Origin: Octopus sinensis
Lineage: Eukaryota
Assembly: GCF_006345805.1 (NCBI RefSeq)
Contig: NC_043003.1
Coordinates: 20,522,001 to 20,586,000 of the forward strand
Direction: 5' to 3'
DNA length: 64,000 nt
The position numbers were made by a program, and so were the translations under genes. Shown in pieces: positions 13,789-25,990 of this stretch (the first letter of the stretch is position 1; every line of letters begins with the position of its first letter). The notes below the pieces were generated by a model. The model saw only the letters and a program-made list of their open reading frames with translations, did no database searches and was not told the DNA's origin.

Positions 13789-14249
13789 AATTATAATTTA
13801 CACCATGATAGAATACTGCGGTTTTTCTGCGGTATTGCTCGTAGCATACACGTGGGTATAGAGTTTGAATAGTATGTAATATTCGACTGTGTAAATTTTG
13901 GAAGTGTTGGTTGGATATCTGTTACTTGATGACGCTCGATGCGTGCATATTCAGCCATAGCACTTTCAAATTTTATTAAAATTGGAAATATTATACTGAA
14001 GAGAGAAGTAAGTAAAATTTAAATTACTTTAATCTCGAAACGCTTATATAATTAATCCTGGTCGTATTGATTCATTGTTTTTTTCTCTTTCCTTCTTAAA
14101 AAAGTATGTTTACCGTTATGGAGATTCGTATAGTAGCAGAAAGGGAATTTTTAACTCCTATTTCTAATTTCGCTATGTGGTGAAGCAGCTAGCTGAACCC
14201 TAATTATAATTATATATATATATATATATTATATATATATATATATATA

Positions 14250-15344
14250 TACATAGAAAACAACTGGAAGAGATATCTAGATGACTGTTTCATTCTTTGG
14301 CATAAAAATATAGAAAAACTCATAGAATTCCAGGAAATTTTAAACGGGCTGGACGTAAACATCCAATTCACGATGGAATATAGCCAGCAACAACTTCCCT
14401 TCCTCGATATCCTCATTAAGAAAGCTAATAATATAATAGAAACATACATATACTATAAGCCTACAGACTCTAAGCAATATCTTCCATTCAATTCATGCCA
14501 CCCCAGACACACCAGGATGAATATCCCCTTCAATCTAGCAAAAAGGATATGCACTATAGTCTCTAACGCAAACACCAGAGACACACGACCACAAGAACTA
14601 AAAGATACCCTTATCACCAGGAACTATCCACCTTCACTTATTGACAAGTGCATTCAACGTGCCCTTCAACTTAACATCAAGGAACTGAGACATCCCAAAT
14701 CAAAGAAAAACTTACAACCAAAAGCCTTACCATACATCTCCACACACAACCCTCTCAATAACGAAGCCTTCGGCACCATCCTCCACAACATACCCCTCCT
14801 AAAAAAAGACCACAGAATAAACACAATCCTCCAAACACATACGATCATAAAAAGCAAAAGACAGCCTAGATCCATGAAAAGTCTCCTAACACAAGCCCGA
14901 ATTCACTCTTCAACACAGAAGCCGACAGTAAAAAAATGTGGAAGACCCAATTGCGGGATATGCGACTATCTAATCGAGGGTTCTGAGTTCTCCTTCAAAC
15001 AGGGACAACGGTTTACAGTGAAAAGCAACTTCACATGTGCTTCGGAGAACCTAATATACTCACTAACCTGCTCCGGGTGTCAAGAGCAGTACATAGGCCA
15101 AACAAAAAATGGTTTGCGTAAACGAATGGCCCTGCACAGATCCCAGATAAAAATTCCCCAAAACACAAAAATAGCTTTTAGCCAACACATAGATACTTGC
15201 GCCAACAAAAAAACACCAAACTTCAGAATTTTCCCCCTCTACCAATTTAGGGACGATACAACCTCGAGACAACGAATAAGTAAAGAAAATCTCTTTATTA
15301 TAAAATACAGGCCACTTCTTAACGGGTCTACGACAAACAATTAA
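14250..15344 (+). CDS. Penelope RT (C-terminal part) and GIY-YIG endonuclease, partial ORF
   Basis: Frame is open from the (TA)n junction: NWKRYLDDCFILW, LPFLDILI, YYKPTDSKQYLPFNSCHP, CGRPNCGIC, NLIYSLTC..CQEQYIGQT..LRKRMALH. Confidence 0.88.
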   Translation, partial: YIENNWKRYLDDCFILWHKNIEKLIEFQEILNGLDVNIQFTMEYSQQQLPFLDILIKKANNIIETYIYYKPTDSKQYLPFNSCHPRHTRMNIPFNLAKRICTIVSNANTRDTRPQELKDTLITRNYPPSLIDKCIQRALQLNIKELRHPKSKKNLQPKALPYISTHNPLNNEAFGTILHNIPLLKKDHRINTILQTHTIIKSKRQPRSMKSLLTQARIHSSTQKPTVKKCGRPNCGICDYLIEGSEFSFKQGQRFTVKSNFTCASENLIYSLTCSGCQEQYIGQTKNGLRKRMALHRSQIKIPQNTKIAFSQHIDTCANKKTPNFRIFPLYQFRDDTTSRQRISKENLFIIKYRPLLNGSTTNN

Positions 15345-15878
15345 TATACCTCAACTTAAGAATAAAAGAAATATATATACACACACAAATATTACATTCC
15401 ATAGAATCCATTACTAATCGCCCCATCACCCATTCATATTCTCCCTTCTCTGTGTTTTTTTTCTTCTTCTTCCTCTCCTTCTTCTTCATCATCATCATTA
15501 TCATCATCATCGTCGTCATCGTCATCACCACCATCATCATCGTCATCTTCTCCTTCTCCTTCTTCTTCTTCATCGTCATCATCATCGGCACCGTCATCTT
15601 CTTCTTCTTCTTGTACTTCTCCACCTTCTACCCCTCAACCTTGTCACTAATGTCTTTAAGTATAACGCCTACGCAGCGACTGCCGGTCGCCACTGATCAG
15701 CCCAGATTTTCCCACTCCCACCCCCTCAAGAACTCACAACGACCTCGAATACACAAGTGCAAACAAGGGAGTCAGAGAAAGGCAGAATGCCACCTATATC
15801 TGAACACTACTATGGAAGTATTCCTTTAAAAAAACCTTTCTTCTAATTTTTCTAAATTTTTCTAAATTTAATTATTTA

Positions 15879-15930
15879 ATCGTTACAGTTGAAAAGGTCT
15901 CAAAATGACCGAAACCGGTACTGAAAGATT
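15879..15930 (+). ncRNA. Degenerate minimal hammerhead motif at the Penelope 3' end
   Basis: cag-TTGAAAA-ggtc-tcaaaat-gacc-GAAA-ccgg-TA-ctg; two core changes from CTGANGA. Confidence 0.5.
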
Positions 15931-18283
15931 CACTATAAAATCATCTTAGCATTTTCTATTTTTGACTTGTTTTTTCATATATATATAATATATATATATA
16001 TATATAATATATATATATATATATAAAATCTTTCAACTTTTCATTCATTTTTTCTGCAATTGTGTCTACGTTATTCAGTCCATAAACGATGAAGGAGCTT
16101 TTGTTTCAGTTATTATTCATCTCTAAGTTTGTTTCTACGGTGTTTGCTTGGATTTATATGTTCACATGTGAAATGTTACGAGGAAGTACCCATTTTCCAT
16201 TATGTCTTGCGTAGGAGTTGGCATCGATCAGTTGATTTATTCTGGAGCCATAGATATCATATTGGATTGGCAAGAATCGGCAAAGCATCGGAAAAATTTT
16301 CACGCTGTATTTAGTTACGTCTCTCTAAGTTCTGAGTCGAAATCTCACCGAGGTCAGCTTTACTCTTCATACTTCCGTTGTCGATAAAAGAGTGTACTGT
16401 ACCATTCAAATAGTAGGTTCGATTTAATCGATCACACTGTTCCCCCATATCTTCAGGCATTATGTCTGTTTTAGAAATCAATATATTTGTTTACATCGTT
16501 TTCCAGTATATCTATAACGACTCAGTTTTGCTTCTTTTTGTTTAATGCTGTTGCTGTTTAACTTTTTAATATTTTTTTTTTACGGAGGAAGAAGTGAGAA
16601 GCAGATTTTGTCTTCGATTTTCCTCCTCTTTTTTCTTCTTTAGTTTATTGTCACATTAAAACCACTGTAAAACTTCATACGTTTACGTCTTTTCTTTATT
16701 CACTTGTATCCCTATTTAAAATGTGATAGCTCGGTTTAGCTTCTGTTGGCCATATCACATATGTTCTACATGTGCCCGCGAAAATTCCACGGTTATTTTG
16801 AAAACTGTAAGATGTTGGAAGTTTATCGAGAACTATAAAATGCTTTACTTTTTTTTGAAATTGTAAATTTTTCTGGAACACTTGGTCCTTGAGATGATGT
16901 AAACGTCTACTAAGTAGGTAATATTAAAAGTGTAGACTTTCGCGGGAACACCTTTGAAAACTGAACTTTTTATACACTTCCCACCTCTCATATTGTTATT
17001 TACTATTTTCACTTTACGTCAAGGAATAAACAGCCTTAAGTATGGAACAACATTAATGACATAATCTAGTTATATTATCATTTTGTTACTTATGACTACA
17101 TTGTTAAAGCTTTAACACATCTTAATACATTTTATTACATTCTTATTTTGATATCACAGAAAAGTTCATAAGGTAATACTTGAACCCGAAATCCCACTGA
17201 ACGAAGTGTAGCAACTACTCTCAGTTGTAGATTTAAAAATAAAATGACAAAGTATGTCAGTTATACAGGCATGGGTATATTGTGAAAAATTTCGATTCGT
17301 TAACATGTGGTTCTAGGTTCGGTGCCGAAGCAAAGCATTTTGAGTGTTTTCTGTAACGTGGAGTGCACTAACATTTTGAGTAAAATTTAATCAGCAGAAA
17401 CAAAATGTAAGCCCATCGTGTGTATGCATGTGTGTGTGTGTGTTGTTTAGGTATATAAGTATGTGTGTATATGTGTATGTATGTAAGTGTGTGTGTATGT
17501 GTATGTGTGTACATGTATGTGTATGTAAATATGTATGTATGTAAGTGTGTATGTATGTGTGTGTATGTGGGTATGTGTATGTGTGTGTATACGTGTGTAT
17601 GTGTGTGCGAGTCTGTATGTACATATGTGTGTGTGTTTGTGGGTGTGTGTGTATGTGTGTGTATCTGTGTGTGTCTGTGTGTTTGTGTATGTGATGTGCA
17701 GCGTGTGGCTTAGAGGTAAAAAAGCCAAACTTGCAATCTTCAATTACGGTCCCCACCCCCGAAGGGTGCCTGCAGTAACATTACTTCGGCAGGTGCGTGG
17801 CTCGAACATCAGGGAATCTCTCCCATGTCCAGCCGTTGCTTCTCTGCATTGAGACATCACAACCCCATGACAACAGGCATGAGGTAGAATACCGTAGGAA
17901 AGGACAGCAAGACAGGTTCTTCAAGCCGCGTCATATGGCCGGTGGTCTTGAAATAGACCAAAAACGAAATGGGCGGGGAATATCCAGACCCTCAGCTGGT
18001 CATACTTGGGAATCCAGCCGGAAAATGTAATGATGGATGCTTTTGATAAGACCCCAAAGAGGAAGTGCTCGAGGACTCCATCCCCTACTACCGTCCCGGA
18101 ACAGTGGGCGGAGATAGGTGGATGAGGGGATCTCAATTTCGTTTTGATTATAAGTATATAGTAAGGTGGAAGTACTCAAGTGGTCACGAGGAACAATGTG
18201 TATAATTGATATGTTTCAACAACGCGCACACACCCGCACGTACACACACACATACACACATACACACACACACACACCACACA

Positions 18284-18314
<31 letters not shown>

Positions 18315-19503
18315 GGGAACATAAAACTTTCATTTAATCATTTCTACAACTGCTTCCATGAACCAAGAGAAACCATTGTCAGCTCTATAATAATTACATA
18401 ATGAACTAAACTTATCTGTAGAATATGATGTGATAGTAATGTCATAAGAAACGGTTTTGAAATAGGAAAATCAAAACACCGATTCTGTTATAAATATAAC
18501 ATCAAAAAAGAATATAAAAATAATAAGGGGTAAAATGAAATATGAATATGAAATATTTGTTGTTTGTCTTGTTTTTGTGTTGAGTCCTAGGTCCGTTAGC
18601 CGAAAATGTTAACGTCGTAGACAGATTTGTTTCCCCTGAGCGATATATTGTACACAGTGCTTCTGTAGAGACTTGCTTTAAAACTAGCGGTGATAGAACT
18701 TTGGATATTGTGTAAAAGTTGTTTTGCACTAATCAAATCGACAGATCTGTTTACAGACGATCTAGCAATGACACTCCCAGCTTATTTCTTCCGGTGTATT
18801 GTATCTAGGATATTATATGTCAAGTTTCCTTCCATTTTGTATGATGACTGCGTCAGACCAAACGATCACGAAGAAAGCTGCCAAATTCGTACGAATGTAT
18901 AGAAATAAATGCCTAAATTTAGTCAGGCAAGTCATGAAACTTTCAAATGGTTGCTTTAATAATTATAATTTTCAAGTAATAATTGCAGCTTCCAGCATGA
19001 TTAAAGATGGACGGAGGAATTATAGGTTTACGTTCTTCCCAGAATTTTAGAATAGATTTTCTTTCTATTTCTAACATACCTGTCTGTAGAACATCACTGT
19101 GATGCTATTCACCAAATAGCTCCCATACTTTTCTTTTTATTTCAGTACAATGTTTTCATGCACTAGGTACAGACTAAATCTATTCTAAAATATTAATATT
19201 TATCGGTCCCAGTTCTTAATATTTATCCATCTAAGTCCTTTATATGGTACCTCTTTTACCGGCTTCAGAAGGAAGAAATGTGAAGTCGATTCGGAGCAAA
19301 AGGACAAATTGAACAAAACCAAATACCAATCGCTGTTATTCTCCCATCATTATGTGTATGTATGTATATTTGCATGCTTGAATGTATTGTATGTATGTAT
19401 GTATATATTTATGCATGCATGTATGTATGTATGCATGTAGGTAGCAACTTCGAAGTAACAGTCAATACATACATATATGTATATATAAACATATATATAT
19501 ATA

Positions 19504-19561
<58 letters not shown>

Positions 19562-19599
19562 TATATATACATATATGTATATATATGTTTATATATACA

Positions 19600-19642
<43 letters not shown>

Positions 19643-19654
19643 ATAAATATGGAT

Positions 19655-19862
19655 TTCAATATGTGACAGCGTGTGTATCGTTGGCGATTTTCTTTCTCTG
19701 TCTTCCCTTCTTTGAACTTTTTCTATATTTCTGATGAAGAGCTCCGCTCGAAACGTGACACCCTCTTTCTTTTCTTTCCTTTCCTGAGCGTTCAATAACA
19801 CTGTACTGATTCCACGTTCTCGCGTTGTTGTTTTTTCTTGCTTGTTCATGTTTGGATTGACT
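19655..19862 (+). mobile_element. ~200-bp non-autonomous hammerhead-bearing element in (TA)n
   Basis: CTGATGAAGAGCTCCGCTCGAAACGTG at 19731-19757; homologous to 30545-30748 and 34706-34912. Confidence 0.75.
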
Positions 19863-20054
19863 ATATACATACGCAAATATGTGTGTGTGTGTGTGTGTGT
19901 GTGTATACAAACAAAATTTTTTTTTCATATATACAAACATAAATATATATATATATATATAACATACATACATGCACGCATACATACCTTGTGCTACATA
20001 GGAATTAACTGTTTCAGTCTAATGTACTAATACTTTTTCTCTTCTATTTTGTAG

Positions 20055-21087
20055 AGAACTGAGGCTGAGCCTTGAATCCAGTGGAGAAATACTGGATTAT
20101 ACCCAAGACAGCAGCAATTATACTTTCCAAATATTAAATTTAGTCAAAGACCTAAAAGGGACAAAAATATGGAAATTTGTTGGAGCAGTCGATAATTTCT
20201 ATGTAAATTTAAGCACGGTGGCTGAACTTCCGGGTCGGCGGGAGAATGCTACGCACCGTTTTCGCAAACTTTATAGCATCATTACCAAAGTTTCACCACC
20301 ATTTATCATGCAAAAAGAGGCCTTTTCCGAAGATGGTGACTGCTATTCGTACGTGCCATGTGTTCAGGTAGCCAATGAAAGTGATGTTGATAATGCATTC
20401 GAAGACTACTTGCTTACTAATCGATACGATCATGACAAATTCAGTGTTTCTTGCTGCACAGGAGTGACCATAGATATCTTGGTCAAGCTGGCGACGGACA
20501 TGGAATTTGATTTCATCCTCTTCTTTCTCAAAGAACCTTTCGATGGAAACTACACGTATGATTCAGGAAGTTGGAATGACACGTTAATGTACCTGGAAGA
20601 TGACAGAGTCGATATAGTGGCAGGGCCGCTCAGTATAACAGTAGAACGGGTAAGGTATATCACATTCACTGAGGTGTATTTTTACACTGGCTTCTCCATG
20701 ATTACCATGAAGCGAGAGCGTGAAACTTCCATGGACGCCTTTCTAATGCCTTTTTCCGTGGAGGTATGGATCGGCATAGCGATAAGTGCCACAGTTACTG
20801 CCGTAGCAACATCATTGTTCGAGTGGAACAGTCCATTTGGACTCAACCCTAAGGGGAGAAAACGGGAGCGCAACTATACCCTTGGTTCAGCACTCACTAT
20901 GGTTTATTCAGTGCTTTTTGGTCATATTGTGCGCACCAAATCCCCTAAAAGTTGGCCAGGAAAAGTACTTCAGAACTTCTGGGCAGGTCTTGCAATTTTT
21001 ATGATTGCAAGTTACACTGCTAATTTAGCTGCATACCTGGCAGGCCGCTCCGAGCAGTCGGATTTACTAAACATAAATGATGAACGG
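20055..21087 (+). CDS. GRIN3-like: GluN3-like NMDA receptor subunit, large internal exon (end of ATD, S1, M1, M2, M3); partial gene
   Basis: Acceptor ttttgtag ends at 20054 and donor CGG|gtaagt follows 21087, with an open frame throughout (ELRLSLESSG...DLLNINDER). Motifs DIVAGPLSITVER (S1), FEWNSPFGLNPKGRKR (human GluN3A YEWKSPFGLTPKGRNR, recalled), VLFGHIV (pore), SPKSWPGKVLQNFW and ASYTANLAAYLAG (M3). Confidence 0.93.
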
Positions 21088-21784
21088 GTAAGTAACTTTT
21101 TATACTTTCTATGTCTCTCAACCATACTCCATAAAAACTAAAAAAAAAAGCTTCCGCATATTCACCAGCTTCTGTAATAAAAAATTCTATACTCTCTTCT
21201 CCAAGTTAAAATGTCCCATCACAGACTATTTTTGAACTTCATTTTCTCACTGTGAATTTAATACCTATAAATACAAAGGTTTCAAAGCTCCATATTACTC
21301 ATCTGGATTCATAAATTTTAAATAGTTTTACCGTTTCTATCGATATTCTTTAATTTTTGTATCTGCGTGTGGTAGGATCTGAAGAAAGTCATGGCCATTT
21401 TAATGTGTACATTTCTTATTAAATACCATCCCTGCACTTAACAACAAGAAAACGCGAATAAAGCACTCGAGATATAACGAAAAAAACAAGTAAACAGATA
21501 AACACTCTCACTTCTGGTCCATAGGTCTGCTGTCTTCTCTCTATGCCTTTTCTTTGGGTGGAAGTGGCTCTTCACCCCTCGTAGTCCTCATCTCGCACCC
21601 TCTCATCACCCTTGTTGTGTACAACCCATCAGGCTTCCACAGTAATTAACATGTCCATTCTTTTTTTCCGTTTCCACAACACCGATGCTCTTGAATTCCC
21701 TCGCCTGCATATACCTTTCTCAGGGATATTGACTTACGAAGTTCTCAAACTCACCGAACTACGAAATCCTTCAAAGGGCACATT

Positions 21785-22826
21785 CATACATACATACACA
21801 CACACACACACATACATACATACATACATACATACATACATACATACATACATACATACATACAAAAATGCCCTGTTATTGATGTTGAAATTCCAATGAA
21901 GGAGCCCTGGATCTAGTAAGAAACTGACTCTCTATTAGCAAGAAATCTTGAAAACTTTACACACACACATACATAAATATATACATACATACATGCATAC
22001 AAAAATACAAACATATATGCATACAAACAGACATGCATACATACATACAAACATACAAACATACATAAGTACAAACATACATACAAACATACATACAAAC
22101 ATATATGCATACATACAAACATACATACATACATGTACACATACATACATACATACAAACAGACATACATACTTACATACATACATACACACATACATAC
22201 AAACATACATACATACATACATACATACATGTATACATACATACATAAATATGTACTACATACATACAAGCATACATACATACATACAAATATGCATACA
22301 TACAAACATACATACGTACATACATACATACATACATACAAAAATGCCCTGTTATACATACATGCATACATACATACATACAAACGTACATACGTACGTA
22401 CATACATACATACATACATACTACATACATACATACATACATACATACATACATACATACATACATACATACATACATGCATACATAAATCAACTGACTC
22501 GCAAACTACAAAATCAACCAAATTTAAATAACTCGCACATTACAAATACAATCCGTAAGTGGAACAATAAAACTATGCAAGGCTTTTTGCAGGTTTAGAA
22601 TGTGACGTTGACATATATACACGCATATGTTTATATACATGTATGTATGTGTGTGTGTGAGAGAGAGAGAGAGAATATGTATGTATGTATGTATGTACGT
22701 ACGTACGTACGTACGTATGTATATATGTATGTATGTATGTACGTACGTACGTACGTATGTATGTATGTATGTATGTATGTATGTATGTATGTATGTATGT
22801 ATGTATGTATGTATGTATGTATGTAT
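21785..22826. repeat. Long (CATA)n/(TATG)n arrays
   Basis: Direct inspection. Confidence 0.95.
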
Positions 22827-23246
22827 TAATACTTATTCAAATCGAATGTCTCATTTCGTCGCTACAACGTGTTTCCCATCCTTTGTATTTCACAGCACCA
22901 ATTCGCTTTAGTCGCTAATTTAAGACGAAAAAATAAAAACATTTAATATTTTTTTGTAATGATTGGCGCAAGAAGTTGAGGCTGGCGTGAGAATAAGACA
23001 GAAATAGACTATTGAAAAGGTGTAAAGGGAAAAGTGCAAGAAATATTAAGAAAGAAAAATGGCGAAGAGAATAACAGCGAGAAGCGTGAAAGGAAAGAAA
23101 CAAACAAACATACACAGGATTGGACGAGAAAGATAAACGGAGAAGTTGAGAAGAATTTGGAATATATGTGTGTTGTATGGTATTATCTTAGAGTATAGGA
23201 AGAATAAGTAAAGTGTTCGAAAGGATGAAACGGGATAGATAAATAG

Positions 23247-23390
<144 letters not shown>

Positions 23391-24614
23391 AAAGGAGAGA
23401 GTGAGGAGAGAGAGAGAGAGAGGATAGATAGATAGATAGATAGATCTGTTTGTGCATTGTTTCCACATCATATAAAACTTTTTCAGTTCTTACTCAAAAC
23501 TTCACCAGGAGACATGCATACATGTGTATGTATACACGTACCTACTTATATATGTATGTATAAGAATACATGTATGTGTAGATCGATACATATATATATA
23601 TATATGTGTACGTTTGTGTGGCGGAGGAATCTTATGTAGAAAGTTCGATGGATAGATGGATGGGTAGATGGAGGGACTGAACGATGGATGGATGTACAAA
23701 TAGAGAGATAAAACGATTCAGTAAAACATTTCAAAGCGATTGAGAGATTGAGAGGAATTGAATGCGGAGGCTGAAAATACGCAATGAAAAAAGTATGTAA
23801 GTGCAAAGAGAACAGTAACCCACAGAGAGATAAACAACGAAAAAAAGGAAAAGATTGAGAAAAAGGAAAAAGCAAGGGAAAAAGTTGAAAGGTGTAAGAA
23901 AGTAATGTTGAACAAAATTATATTAACTCCACTAATTTAATTTTCATCGAAACTGTAATTGAGCACGAATTATTCAATTCATTAACCTAATCATACATCT
24001 AACTAGCTGCACGTTAACATATTTATCTTTAAAAATTTGTGCCTATTCGTCAAGGTATTTTACTCGTATTGTAATCTAGTTTTATGCATTTACTTTATCA
24101 AACTACCGACATATTGTTTACTTACATCTGACTATTTATTTAACCCTAACTCGCAAAATGCATGTGTGGCATGGATCAGTATGCATACACTGGCGCACAC
24201 ACACATACATACATACATACATACATACATACATACATACATACATACATACATACATACATACGTACGTACATATATATGTACGTACACTCATGCGCGC
24301 ACTCGTTCCTAAACACAAATATGAAGACAAACATAAGTATATAAAGATAGAAATTCCTATATGAATGTTTACGTTTGTATGTATGTATTCATGTATCTGT
24401 CTGTCTGTCTATCGGTCTATCTATCTGTCTGTCTATCGGTCTATCTATCTGTCTGTCTGTCTATCTATCTATACATTTTCTCATTCCTTTCTCTCGAAGT
24501 GCGTGGGCTTGAAATGTCAAAAACTTTTCCAATTTTCCTGAGCGTTAAACTAATACTCATTACTTGTTGTTTCCTCACCTATCTGTGTCTTTTGTTTTTT
24601 GTACAATTTTGAAC

Positions 24615-24649
<35 letters not shown>

Positions 24650-24654
24650 ATATA

Positions 24655-24697
<43 letters not shown>

Positions 24698-24759
24698 ATA
24701 TATATTATATATATAATATATATAATATATATATATTATATACATACATACATACATAC

Positions 24760-24795
<36 letters not shown>

Positions 24796-24949
24796 TAGAT
24801 AGATAGATACTAGATAGATAGATAGATTTATGTTTCAAGTCTACGCTCTTCTACAGAAAGGGACACAGAAAAAACAAGGAGAGAAACAAGGTGAGAAAAA
24901 AATGTGTGTATTGGCTAACGATCTATCATGGCGACTGACTGCCGGACAG

Positions 24950-25110
24950 AAGGTGGCCAAGTGGCAGAATCGATAGCGCGGCGAACAAAATTCTGAGCGG
25001 CATTTCATCCGTATTTGGTTCAAATTCCACTCTGGTCAACTTTGTCTCACATTCTTTCGCGATCGATAAAATATGTCAGTTGAATACTGAGGTGGATGCA
25101 CTCGACTAAC
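24950..25110 (+). mobile_element. Degenerate family A SINE
   Basis: gtggcagaatcgatagcg...ggttcaaattccactctggtcaactttg. Confidence 0.6.
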
Positions 25111-25159
25111 ACGCTCTCCTGAAATTACAGACCTTGTTCTTATTGTAGAAGGAATATAT

Positions 25160-25490
25160 GAGACCCCCTTCGGTCATAACCGACCATGTGATTGCACCTA
25201 GAAAGTTACCCTCCAAGGAACAAGTCCGAGCAAGGTTGGAAGACCAGCAGTCGCCCATACATACCAGCTTCCCCTCTCTGTGCCACCAGTGTTATCTAAG
25301 GGAAAAGCAAAGGCTACAAAGCTTGGCACCGGTGACGTCACAGCTCATTTCTACAGCTGAGTAAACTGGAGCAACGTGAAATAAAGTGTCTTGCTCAAGA
25401 ACACAACACGCAACTCGGTCCGGGATTCGAACTCACAACTTCACGATCATAAGCTCGACGCTCTAACCACTGAGCCATGCGCCTTCACAG
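25160..25490 (-). mobile_element. tRNA-derived SINE, family C
   Basis: Reverse complement has A box TGGCTCAGTGGTTAG and B box GTTCGAATCC, then gtgttcttgagcaagacacttt; homologous to 48037-48335. Confidence 0.85.
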
Positions 25491-25517
25491 AAAGAATATA
25501 TAATAAATATATACTCT

Positions 25518-25760
25518 TTTACTCTTCTACTTGTTTCAGTTATTTGACTGTGGCCATGCTCGAGCACCGCCTTTAGACGAGCACATCGACCCCAGAACTT
25601 ATTCTTTGTTAGCTTAGTAATTAATCTATCGATCTCTTCCGCCGAACTGCTAAGTTACGGGGACGTAAACACACCACCATCGGTTGTCAATCGAAGTTGG
25701 GGGAACAAACACAGACACACAAACATATACACACACATACATATACACACACATACATAT

Positions 25761-25812
<52 letters not shown>

Positions 25813-25990
25813 TATAGATATATATATATATAATATACATACATATACATATATACGCCGAGCTTCTTTCAGTTTCCGTTTACCAAATCCACTCACAAGG
25901 CTTTGGTTGGCCCGAAGCTTTAGTAGAAGACACTTGCCCAAGGTGCCACGCGGTGGGACTGAACCCGGAACTATGTAGTTCGTAAGCAAT
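25518..25990 (-). mobile_element. tRNA-derived SINE, family B
   Basis: Same consensus as 12285-12675 with an expanded internal CA/TA repeat. Confidence 0.85.

Larger units (their letters stand above)
14250..15965 (+). mobile_element. 5'-truncated Penelope-like retroelement
   Basis: RT-thumb plus GIY-YIG ORF, low-complexity 3' UTR and a hammerhead-like terminal segment; (TA)n on both sides. Confidence 0.88.

Noticed and set aside
21948-22598. 216-aa HTYI-repeat ORF and possible CRISPR-like periodicity
   Set aside because: A degenerate (CATA)n array with no repeat-spacer structure; eukaryotic context.
25400-25480. tRNA-like A/B boxes on the minus strand (also 48260-48335)
   Set aside because: They are SINE heads continuing into SINE body, with no complete cloverleaf; not called as tRNA genes.
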